The notes beneath the pieces were generated by a model. The model saw only the letters and a program-made list of their open reading frames with translations. It searched no databases and was not told where the DNA came from. The position numbers and the translations under genes were made by a program. A stretch of DNA of 64,000 nt, from contig NOWV01000013.1 in the NCBI GenBank assembly GCA_003344405.1, forward strand, positions 868,001 through 932,000, in the 5' to 3' direction. Within the stretch, counting starts at the first letter, position 1. Each line of letters begins with the position of its first letter. The DNA comes from Trichoplax sp. H2 (Eukaryota). This document shows, piece by piece, positions 44,902 through 56,676 of the stretch.

Positions 44902-47710
44902 CTATTTTGCCTTAAAAGAATTTTTCTTTGATCGCAAGAGTGAAACAACTTCAGCTCGATGATTTTGATTATGATAATCTGTTTGCTCTGGACAACCTAG
45001 TGTTTTACTGATTTCAGGAATATGTGATCTTAGAAAGGGATTGTACGATTTTTCTTCATCAATTGTGGACGGGCACTACAGAAAATAGAACGTCGAATGT
45101 AATCTTTCAAATATGCAATCCAAAATTAATCCGAGAATAGTGTAAAATAACGTACAGTTGATTCACAATTATTTCTCAACGAATCGGCCCATGTTAATTT
45201 TTCCTTCATAAGTACATTATGATCATTAGTCATCATTCATCAAGATAATCAATAGAAAATGAATTGATTACAACACCCTATGGTCATTTTAAGTGTATCC
45301 GTACTCTATGAGAGTTGTACACTAGATTGACGACAGATAATTTTAACTAAATTGCATTTGAAGACATGCATTATCAAATTTATACGATTTGTATTACTTA
45401 CAATTATGGCTTTATTGCTTGGTTCGACTGCGATAGCAAATTTTAGGTTGGAAGTAGCATATTCGTGGCCTAAACAAAATAACAATATGCGGTTATTTGA
45501 TTTCTCTAGCGTTACCAGCGCTAAAAGCGCGAATTTAGCCGACGAAGTAGTCAGAAAGGTATCACCAGTACCTGGCCAGACTAATGTTTTATCATCAAGT
45601 TCCAGCAAGCGATCCAGTGATTTTAACATCATAGCACCATTTCCCTCAAAGATACGTCCTATGCAATAACCCACATTGAACGTCAATGGAAAATAGATTA
45701 TGAAATATCAATAAAAATAATAATATCCGATGTAGAGACTACGCTGCACACAATCTGTTAGGGTTTGGTAGGACTAACACCTACCACATCCGGCCAAAAA
45801 TAAATGATCACCACTGAAAACTGAAGAAGGTTCGCCTTGTTCCTTTCGATTTAGGGTATACATAACATGACCCAATGTATGACCCGGGGTTCCAATAACA
45901 TCAAATACAAGAGTCCCAATCTATTATGACAATTAGTTAAATTATAACAATATCAATATCTCCTTTTCAAAGATACCATTTCTATTCTATACCGTAGTTG
46001 CAACTATTTTCCTTGAACGAATTCTAGGTGCACTTCTAAGAGCACCTAAGATATAGGATTTTAAGATTTTTGATTACCTTAATTGAATCTCCATCCTTTA
46101 CGAAGCTTATATCAAAAATTGGAAGTAAACCAATGTTAGAATATCACATCATTAGGTAAATTCGCATAACTTGTTACTCGCTACACAAGACAACTTATTT
46201 ACTTAGTAATTATTTATAATCAAACAATAATTTAAACAAAGTAGTGCTAGGTAAGTCGGGCTCTACTATGCACGTAATGAGAAAATATTACTCATAGTCG
46301 AGTAGAACTTTATGATAAAATATCCCTTCATAACAGAACTAGAATGAAGGTAGAAAAATAGTATGGAAAGATACAAAATGTTTTCCAATACCTACAGTAG
46401 TAATTGCAGTGTTATTAATGATCGACTTACTGAGTCAGATTGGGTACATTGTCTTCCGAATTTCCGTAAATAGCTATATCGGGATACAATTTGTGTAGGA
46501 TAGTATTACCACCACTGTGATCCCTAAAATATTTAGGAAATTGTATTTAGTTAGAAATTTTACCGTATAATACTATCTGAACATGATGATCATCTTTATG
46601 AATGCCTAATAACCTAAGTACGAAGTTGACTTAAAGTGTTTATAGTGTTAGAAATTAGTACGCAACAAAGCATCAGAAGTAATTATCTAACCAATGTCCA
46701 TGCGTGATAAGGATCGCCGCTAAATTTATATCTTCTGCTTTTAAAGCTTCCTATTAAAAGATAATGAATAAAGACAGGAGTACATAAAATGAATAGAAAT
46801 GGTGTAGTGCAGATATTAGTACAGCATACTTTACAGGCTTGGAAGCAGACAAACTTAACATTATAATATAGCAAATTTACCATGATAATTGTACTTACTT
46901 GAACAAGTCGAGGCTCGGATGGATCAACGAGTATACCCAATTTAAGATTGTGATCGATAATTAAATATGCATAGTTGTCATCAAGTATTGCGATTGGCTT
47001 TATGGTAACACCTAATTAGAAAAGAATAGCAAAATGATGTCAGACAATAAGAGTAAATTGCATTTTAGCTTCAAAAATAAAGCGCATACAACGTTAACAC
47101 AAAAATATAATTAATCTGCAATGGTGTATTAAAATTACGGAATTCAATATTAGGGTGTAAAATTGCATAGCTTTTGGTACTATGGTCGTAATGCCATTGT
47201 AAGTAGTAAACGCTTATATACTTACAACGTATAAGAATATTTGCAATAGTTAAGTACTCATAATCGTTACTTAGTCAGGATGTGGCTATTAATGTAATAA
47301 TATGATTTAGTTACCGGAATATCGATGCAGTTTAACTTTAGAATGGGAACCTTTCTGAGCTTTCGTAGCGGCTGACAAGCGATTTAAATGCAACCAACGT
47401 CCCACAAACGTTCTGGCATATAGGTAATACCTATGGACCAAATAAGATCAATTTATAGTTAAGAAGCGGCATGTACTTCTGACCATTACCACTTAGCTAC
47501 TGTATATTGGAAAAAGTTGATAATACAAAAGAAATTGGGCAAATCACTAGGACTACAAAGTTATGACGAGTACAACATGGTTAAATCCAACGCCTTTGTG
47601 TGTTTGCTGGCTATAAACGGTTTAAAAGATTTTAACTTTAAGAGAATACACGAAATTATACTACATTATTTATTGCATTAAAACGCTACTCTACTACAGT
47701 ACTCGTACAT
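44902..47710 (-). CDS. PNKD: PNKD / hydroxyacylglutathione-hydrolase-like metallo-beta-lactamase fold protein, multi-exon
   Basis: Exons give YYLYARTFVGRWLH...KGSHSK (PNKD-type N-terminal extension), DNYAYLIID...VDPSEPRLVQ, ILITHGHW|DHSGGN, TPGHTLGH, FSGDHLFLAGCGRIFEG, WPGHEYA and CPSTIDEEKSYNPFLR, with stop at 44902-44904. The start (8-nt exon ATG TAC GA at 47710-47703) is tentative. Confidence 0.85.
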
Positions 47711-48720
47711 GGTTCAATCAGGTATATACAAGTATATTTATCATTAATGACGGAGCTATTACAGATTGTTTATAATTGCTACAGTAACATTTGCATATCT
47801 TAAGGCATTTTAAACAAGTCCTTGGGGAAGGAAATGTGAAATTAAACTCTCGTGCGTTCAGTAAATGAAAGAGTCTGTAGACTCTATGCGCACAAGGGCA
47901 CTATTGCAATTATATATTAATAGAAATGTTGAAACAAAATCACGATTATAGCAGAATGTCTGATGTCATTTGTATATGTTGTGTATGGATTAGGTCAATA
48001 TTTCGCAAATGAATTACTATTGCATAATCTTTTTATTACTCACTATTGACAGATAGATGATTACAATTAAAGTAGCGGCAAAGTGATTGCACCGTTCCTA
48101 TCGTACTCGTATATCTTCACTGTTATGATTTATAATGTGGATTACTGTACACTTTAAAGCAGACTGTCATTTCTTTGTCTGTAATCAATAAAAATAGGAA
48201 TCTTCAGCGACTGGCATGTTTAAAAAAGTATTGGTTTGTATTTGAATCTCATTTACAAGGACAAAAACTGATCAAGAATGTTATAATTACTCCATGATTA
48301 ATTGCATTGCCGTAGCACGGTGGTTGACGAGAGATCACTGTACCAATGCAAAGACCATGGCTAATTTTTAGGGGAAATTTTACGATTAAGCTTACTATGT
48401 ATTATCAAGATATAGGATACCAATACGCGTGTCATTCAAATTTTTCATTTAGTGTTTATATACAGTAAGTGGACGAATTAGACGTGTAGTCAAGATATTT
48501 TACTTTATGTTATGGGTTATCCTTGAGTGAGTTTTTTAATCATTGCAATACCATAGGAGATGAATATAGAACAAAGTAGCTACGGTACGCATCTATGGAG
48601 TGATTGCCATATCCTTGAAAGTGTAATCAATGATATCACTTTGCTTGGTATCATTGAATTGGATACTGTACAAGCATTTACTCAAAATACGTCTAATCCA
48701 TGTTTTGCATATCCGGTATA
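47577..48720 (+). pseudogene. Possible heavily decayed single-exon rhodopsin-class GPCR
   Basis: Motif remnants in the expected order across stops and frameshifts: SNAFVCLL (TM1-like, ~47586), SIFIINDGAITDCL (TM2-like, 47731), C...YFANELLLHNLLLLTIDR* (TM3/DRY-like, ~47957-48056), SNPCFAY (NPxxY-like, ~48692-48712). Confidence 0.4.
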
Positions 48721-49049
48721 GCATGATTGTGCAGCAGAAAGTCGAGCAAAGTATCTATTCCCTTTTAACAACATTACCAATGTAAACAATCTACGACAGC
48801 AGGATGACCAAGGCAAGGACTACTAAGAGACTTCTTTTAGTAGTCCATGACCAAGGCCAGGATCACCATTCAATGGATACTTTGTATGTGAAGGGTGATG
48901 AAGAGTCAGTCAATGATGACAACGCGTGTGCAGTAACTTTAGTAACATATGTTTCTTCCTTTCTCCTTCTTTTCAACCTAGATGCTAATTAACATCCGAT
49001 TTGTTGGCTACTATTGAATTCATTAATTGACGACAACTGATCTATTTAT

Positions 49050-49600
49050 GGATAGTCTATTCTGATAGTAAGATATCCATCAATAGTATCGGCCACGATA
49101 GTAGTGTAGAATATGTAGAAAGTCGAACTTCGTAACCGATGGTCGAATTATCGTCCATTAACGCAAGACTACAAATGATGTCGTCAAGCAATGGAACCGA
49201 TCCATGGATGACTGCAATGATTGACCTGTCGGTAGAACGAAACAATAACGAATGACGCTTGCAAACACAACCGCAACGTTAGTCACTACCAAAACAGCCG
49301 ATTGTACAATCTTTATCCAATAAGATCCATCTATCGTGTATTCATTTCTACTGGCATCCATGGATGATGGACTACTTACAAGACGGCAAACATCGGATCG
49401 TAACCAAATCGTTTAGCGCTGGCTAAAGCAACCACAACAATGGCGCTGATAGATAATAAGAAGAACATTGCTGATAGTATGGTACGGTACAATAGCAATA
49501 GAATGACTGCGACGGGGAAAAGGCCCAATGTATCAACGACTGACAACTGTGGAACAAGTGCAAGACGGCTCAACGTTTTCCCTGGTTAGTAGACGACATT
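49050..49600 (-). pseudogene. Possible second decayed membrane-protein/GPCR fragment
   Basis: Three successive hydrophobic ORF fragments, including VTNVAVVFASVI followed after a frameshift by SLLFRSTDRSIIAVIHG, reminiscent of TM3 S-x-DRY-x-AV-x-HP. Weak. Confidence 0.25.
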
Positions 49601-49946
49601 GGTAGTAATAATATCTTTTGCTAGCGCTCTTGCCTGTTCCACGGACTGCACAGTGTACAGTACAGGACGGTGAATACTGGTCGTCGTTCACACTTCACAG
49701 TGTTTTGGCGTCGTCATGTCCGCCAACGTTGACGTTACAGTACAGTACATTGCATTGTACGTACAATCGTGTATGTACTGTACAGTATGTGTATAGAACA
49801 TGTCATGTACAGTATACTGTACGTACTGTACTGTACGCACTGGACTGTATCTAGCGTAAAAGTCATGTTCGGATGGAATATTGAAGAACTGCTACTACGC
49901 ATGCTTAGCTAGATCAATAGAATACATGTAGACTAGTAGAATAGAG

Positions 49947-49978
<32 letters not shown>

Positions 49979-49989
49979 ACATATAATAT

Positions 49990-50760
49990 AATATGGTCAA
50001 TCCCAGAGGTATGACAATTCTAGGATTGACTATTCTATACAGCAATTAATCAAGACGCACATAATCAATCAAATTTTAAATGAGTGAAATATTTTATTCA
50101 ATCAATCATTCAAAGTATCATGAGCTAGAACGATATGGTCTATCCCCGAGCTATGGCAATCCAACCATGGACTATCCAAGTAATCAATCAATAAGCGCTT
50201 AATAAATCAAATTTTAACTTGGTGAAATATTTTATTAAATCGATCAACGTCTTATGAGCTAGAACGACATGGCCAATCCCCGAGGTATGGCAATTGCCTA
50301 GTAATCAATCAATAAGCGCATAATAAATCAAACTTTAAATGAGTGAAACAATTTATTAAATCGATCACTCAAAGTATCATGAGCTATGCTAATCCAACGA
50401 TTGACTATCCAAGTAATGAATCATTAAGCGCATAATAAATCAAATTTTAACTTAGTGAAATATTTTATTAAATCGATCATCCAAATATCATGAGCCAGAA
50501 TGACATGGCCAATCCCGAGATATGACTATCTTAGGATTGACCATCCAATTCTAGGATCGCCAAAATTTCGAGGTTGACTTGCAATGCCTTTAGGGGTTGA
50601 CTTTGGGAGCTAGTGGCGAATGGTAAGGCCTATATACGGTACATAAGCGTATAGTAACCTATATATGGTATATAAGGGTATAGTAATTAACTAATACGCG
50701 CATAATAAATTTTAAGTGGGTGAAAATTTAAATAAATCGATTCAAAGTATCGTCAGCTAG
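49990..50760. repeat. Degenerate ~115-140-bp tandem repeat (~5-6 units)
   Basis: Recurring ggccaatcccgaggtatg...gactatccaagtaatcaatcaataagcgcataataaatcaaattttaa...gtgaaatattttattaaatcgatca...atcatgagctag. Confidence 0.85.
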
Positions 50761-52534
50761 TAAAAGGACGATTAATTATCAGAAATTCCATTCACACACC
50801 TTGGTACAAACGCATTATTCATTCCATCGTTAAAGGCTATACTATTCTGTATATATGAATGAATAAATTGCTATACTACCATAGAATTGATGGCTATCAT
50901 GAAAGGACGAAAAGCATGATCTAGCAAGATTAATACCAAACCAACGATGCAATTTACGATTTATTTCTCACGTTCAAGGCTACAAGATATTATGAATGAA
51001 CAGTATATAAACGATGATATGGTTGGCAAGATGGGCATGCAATAGGATATCCACACTAAATATGAACAACTATGAAACTCATGGTTTGTTTCTTACGTTA
51101 AAAGCAACAAGACTTCGGCGTGCATGAATGAATAAATTGCTATGGTATGATACCGTAAGCATAGTCCGCCAAGATGTACATCCTCAATATCTAATAGGAG
51201 TCCATCATGAAAATTTTATCATTTATTTCTCGCGTCAAAGGCTTACATAGGAGTACTTATTCATGGACTACGCCGTACATTGAGTGTACAAGTGTAGTGT
51301 GTATTGCTTACACAATTACCTTCTAGTAGTCTATTATACAAGTTGCACTAGCTTTTATACAGTATTGCAACTCTCGTGACACAATAATGATATAATCGAT
51401 GATTTAAAATCCAATTTATTCTTATTATATGCGTATAAAGTAATCTTGAGATAAGTTTAGCCACTCACACCTAATATCAAGAGTCTAACGAAAATCCTAT
51501 CCGATTACTGCTAGTCACAGCTAAAAATCCATTTCATAATACGTAGTCTAGGACAAATTGAACTATTATTTTTGGCTAGGTAGAAGGGAAACGAGAAACT
51601 ACAATACATATAATGATCAAAAGATTAAATGCTTCTTGCATTAATAAATAAAGCAAGAAAAATCAAACACCAAAAAGGCAAGAAAAAATTCATTCGTGGG
51701 GTTTTTCCAATTTCATAAATAAATATCAACCTATGCGTAAATAGCCTGATAATGAGATAGAACATCAAATGCTGTACCCTTAATTAATATATATCACACG
51801 ATGGAAGTAGCACAACTACTTCTACGTGATGAAGCTAAAAGTACCATTAATTAATTGAAACTCTCTTGAATAGTAACTAAGCCAAGTCCAAGTAGCAATG
51901 AATTATCATTAGAAGAAATAACGTTCAGGAACTCATATTTAGTAAATGAATTGTAAAAGTAATATAGAAAAGTTATAAAATAGATTTTAACAGTGTGACT
52001 GAGTAACATACCATACAATAGAAATCAATCCAAACACATGGCTTAGCGAAATTGCAGCAGTACCCAAGTAATAATACATATAAGTAATAGGTCAGTAATA
52101 TAATATTTTAAAAGATGATGTATCAAAATAGACATTGTTAGAATAAGTAAAAAGTGCCATACAAAGTGGTAAACAACATGATCATCGTACTACGTTATGA
52201 TGCTATATTAGAGTACCATTTTTTAATAGCATGTCAATAGTGCTAAAAGTAAAACTTGATTTAGGCCGTTATTCTTTTACAAAATTATTAATTACAAGAC
52301 GCCAAGCCTTAACTTAGACTGAAATACAGTATAAGATAACGGAGATCAACACTATCGTATAGATTAGCTCAACCTATACGTAGCATTTCGTCTATATCAA
52401 TGAGGAATATGGCTATATACTGTATATATAGGAGTAAGATATGCCCTATATATCTATTGACAACCATCTTATAATTAAAGCCTTAGATTAGCCCCAAGGA
52501 TCTTGTGTAAATAATAAACCAGCAGAATAGGATA

Positions 52535-55500
52535 TTATATACTAATTGAATTGGGGATGTGCATCGGATTCAAGTAGGCATAAGGTGGATTTCTAGTTTC
52601 GTTTCTTTTGGTATTCTCTTCTGAGATTTTCTCCAGTTCTTCACGAAATCTATTAAAACAAATACCAGCAAGAATTAAATACAATCCGATTATAAAATAG
52701 ATAAAAATGTAAAATCGAATTTATCGATGATATCCAGCAATATATGCCAATGATTTTATTGTACCATCGTAATTCCGACAAAAATGTAGTATAGTAATAT
52801 TGGTTGCTTACTGTTTCACTGCTGCAGTTCCTATTGGATCAAATATATAATCGACTTCAAAGTCGCCTAACGCATTCGTTCCACGGTCACTAAGAATTCT
52901 ACCAACGACCATGATGTCTAAAGTCATCGCTTTATGAGGTAAATGCTTGATGATATCTGCTTCAGTAATGGGATCCTACAGCGAATAATAAGCATGGAAT
53001 CATTATAAATACATCATGTATATTTATACCGTATATTCTGATGTTTCGCATATTTTTAGTACCAATGATAAATTACAGTAATCACGTGTTGTTGTTCCTA
53101 TCTTGCATACTAGTAAGACTAAATTTTTCATTAATATCTATCAACCTACAATATTTTATACTTTTTAGAATTATCGGTGAAATTGATCGCTTTCGTATTT
53201 AATACTAAAATGCGAATAGGTAAACTAGCACAATCTTAATTGTTGTATAACTTTCATTAGCTGTAAATACCAGAAACATTTTAATATTTACTTTATCCCG
53301 TGACCAATTTAGACAAGCTGTAATATAAAATTTCTACAAAAACTATCAATACAATAACTTTTAGAACAATGAAAAACATACCTTATTTCGCGGTGCTTTT
53401 CCTCTCATAAATGATGGATAATTTGGTGGGAAAGCATATTCGTCATATTGAGCAAAGTTAGCTGCTGCATGACCAACGCTGCTAATAAACACGAACGATG
53501 TAAACGTATCGATAATTTGTTGCCTTGTTTGAAATTTGCCGTCACCAGGAATTCCTTTAATATTACAACCATTAGGATAAGGAGATACGAGTGCTTTGGA
53601 AAATTCCTGTAGTTCCCAATCATCTTCAATGGCCTTTTCATTCTCATAGTGGCCTTCGACAAATCTAGTAACGTAATTCTTGATACAATACCAGATAGGC
53701 AATGCGTCATCTCGATAAGGATAATATGGCAATACTTCAGGGTCATCAACCTATATCAATTAAAGATTTTAATATCAATATTTCTAGGTTATTTGTAAAA
53801 TTATTAAAGTTATCAATAGTATATTTATGAAATGATAATTGGTAGCTCAATAAGTAGCGTGAATAACTTTTCTGAGCTAAGTGAATTAAATCACCGTCTT
53901 AAACCTACCTGACGCATTTTTAGTTCTTCTGGTAGAGTGCCATCACGATCTAATCGCCAGCTTTGGAATCGTTTAGCGGTAATGCTCAGCATTCCACCCG
54001 CACCGGCTGTCATAACTTGATCTACCCAGCCACCAGGTGCTACCAATTTATTGAGTGCACGACTATTTCATAACGGTTAAAGAAAAATTGAGTATACCAG
54101 GTAGTCATTTCGATCGAACAGAGTGTTATAGTAGTTTTAGTCTATACAATTATTATTCAGGCGATAGTGAAAGGCATTACCTATTGATAGCAATAAGGAA
54201 AAGGAAATGAGGTGCAATCAGGCGGTATAGAGGATGAGACATGCTTAGTGTACGATTAGCAGCAACTGCAACGGATTCCATAATCAAGTGTGTAAAGCCT
54301 AAATTGAAATGAATTTAAAAATGAGTACGAGATAAACTTCAATGAATGCGCAAAAATGATAATTCTAGTATATAGCAACATAATCCATCTGTGGTAGACC
54401 AGCAGTGTACTTGTATTTTATCGTAGATTGAGAAGAATGAATTTTAAACCTAGGTGGAACAGACCTAAATGGGTACTGCCTTGATGAAATAGAGAATCGG
54501 CGTTGTTGTAATACATTTTGGCCAACATCCAGACATACTTATGATCACTAGGTAGAAAAACCTACGGCACAATTCAAAATAATGTTAATAATGGAAAGAC
54601 GTTGATAGAATGCTATCCTACGCTTTAATAGGATAATAGCTAATAGATTAAACTGTTTTCTTACAGGATTGGGACAGTCTTCGGTGGTTTTCGCAAATAA
54701 TTGGATAGCGATTGGCGACAAATCATTTTCTTTATTTAAGAAGAAAAGAGCGTAAGGATTTACCAGCTAGAAAAATAATCAAAAATTAAGGCGATGTCAA
54801 TTTGTTAGTACAGGACATGTATTAGACAAGTGGAAAGGTTAAAGTATGCCTTATATCTCTATTTTTAAATAATTGTACACAAGTATCAATCATGCAAGCG
54901 ATGTTCTTTCTCATGGAAAAGAGCATTATTTGTTTATAACTCTAAATCGCTAACCTCTTTCTCCACTGGAATACCCATGAGTGGTACGTCTTCTAGCATT
55001 GTCAAGTCACAAATGAACAATTTTTTCTTGGCGAGAGCTTCATCTAAGGTGAAACCTTCCAAGAATGGGCTAACCATCTCGTTGGTCACTTTAAAACTAA
55101 CAAATACGTAGAAAATCTTGTTACAAATTCTATAATCCTCGAAGTTGCCTTAAATCCTTGAAAGTAATCCTATTTGAACGATGATTTTATTGCAACTTAC
55201 TTTGATGGAATTTCAGTACACAACTTCACTAAGACTGGATTAACCCCTTGGACGCGCTGTTTACCGAAATAGTTATCTTCTTTCCATCTGTACATGCCCT
55301 AATAAGTAAAAAATAGAAATTAAAAATTGAATCTATATCATTTGTGATTGTCAAACCGTAATTAGGTATTAATGTAAGAAGATTTAGGGCAATCATCAAT
55401 GAAAATATAACATAAATTAAACGACAATTGTCCATTCTTTCTATTTTACCATAGGAATATCAAGACTGGTTCCTTTCTTATAGATGTTACCAAGATCTTT

Positions 55501-56676
55501 TAGTGACGACCATGTGTCGCTAGTAAGCCTTCTCATTTTACTCTTAATCAGGAGTATACCTTTGGTTCGAACGATATCCCACTATATCCGAAAAATAATA
55601 CCAGAAATGGCAAAAACTACCCTTAGATTTACGCATTTAAATCTATGAAATAGCAGTAGTTTGTACCTTTTAACCCTTTTTACTCGTTGATATGTGAAGG
55701 TAAAACGTATATATTAAACTACCAGAATGAAAAGCTAGCACTAAATTCTTAGTCAACGCTTTGAACTTACCTTGTAGTCGTTACTAAACATTTCATCACT
55801 TGGTAACTCTTTAATCTACGGTTAAAATAGCAAGGGTAAACAAATACGTGAAATAGTGAGTTATCCAGTACAATAATTGTATTACTTTAGTTGAAAAATC
55901 AAATTATAATGGTAACTTTAAAAAGTTGTTTTATAACTACTACTTTCTTTACATTAGTTTTACGAACTAGGGACAAATTATATTTATATATGAAAAGTTA
56001 CGCGCATATTTAACAAATCCAACTATTATTCTTTTTTTCTATCACTTTCAATAGACTACAGAACCGGTATAAATTAATTTAATCTTTTTTCAATTTGAAT
56101 TTATTTTCGATTTTAAGGAGTTTCTTACATGATTCTACTCTATTTTTAAAAGCGTGCTTGTTGTCTTATTTAACGTTGCAGTACCTGTACGGGGATACCA
56201 GGCGATTTCTGATCAAGTGTGTAATACATCCGTTTTTCCAATATTTCTTGTTTACGGGTCTCGGATGCCACATCATTCTGAGGTAGGCAGCAGTCCCACT
56301 TTTGAATTTTCAAAAGTCCATCTGCTTTTACCCAACGATTGACTGGGAAATAGATTGGTGTCGGCTCAACACCAGGTTGATTGGGTATGATCCAAACACG
56401 GTCACAAAACCAACTATCGCCAAATCCTTTCGTATCACGACTTAATTCAATAAATTCAATTTCGCCTAAGTCAGGCACATTGGAGACAGGAAATTTATCG
56501 GTCCGACCTTGTTCGAAATCATTTCGCCATTTACAATCAAGGAAAATTTTACGTGACTTCTTTCCCTCCTTGTCGATGAGTGCAATATAGATATTGGCAT
56601 CAGTACCAGCACCTTTGCGATCGCCAGTTTTAATGAAAATAAGGTAATCTGCTTTCATGGATGTACAATTTCCCAT
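52535..56676 (-). CDS. Lipoxygenase with N-terminal PLAT/LH2 domain (animal arachidonate-LOX type), multi-exon
   Basis: Exon 1 encodes a PLAT domain (IKTGDRKGAGTDANIYIAL...NDFEQG...WFCDRV...FPVNRWV). Catalytic domain: WMLAKMYYNNADSLFHQGSTHLG|FTHL, HPLYRLIAPHF, YPYRDDAL, GHAAANFAQY, and C-terminal IPNSISI* (stop 52535-52537) ending in the iron-ligand Ile. Confidence 0.93.

Noticed and set aside
49618..49980. 78-aa ORF and adjacent (TA)n run
   Set aside because: Low-complexity tacagt/gtactg and TA repeats, not coding.
50850..51245. Three degenerate ~135-bp units (atgaatgaataaattgctat...tttatttctc.cgt)
   Set aside because: Probably a real but old small tandem repeat, too degenerate to delimit or interpret by eye.
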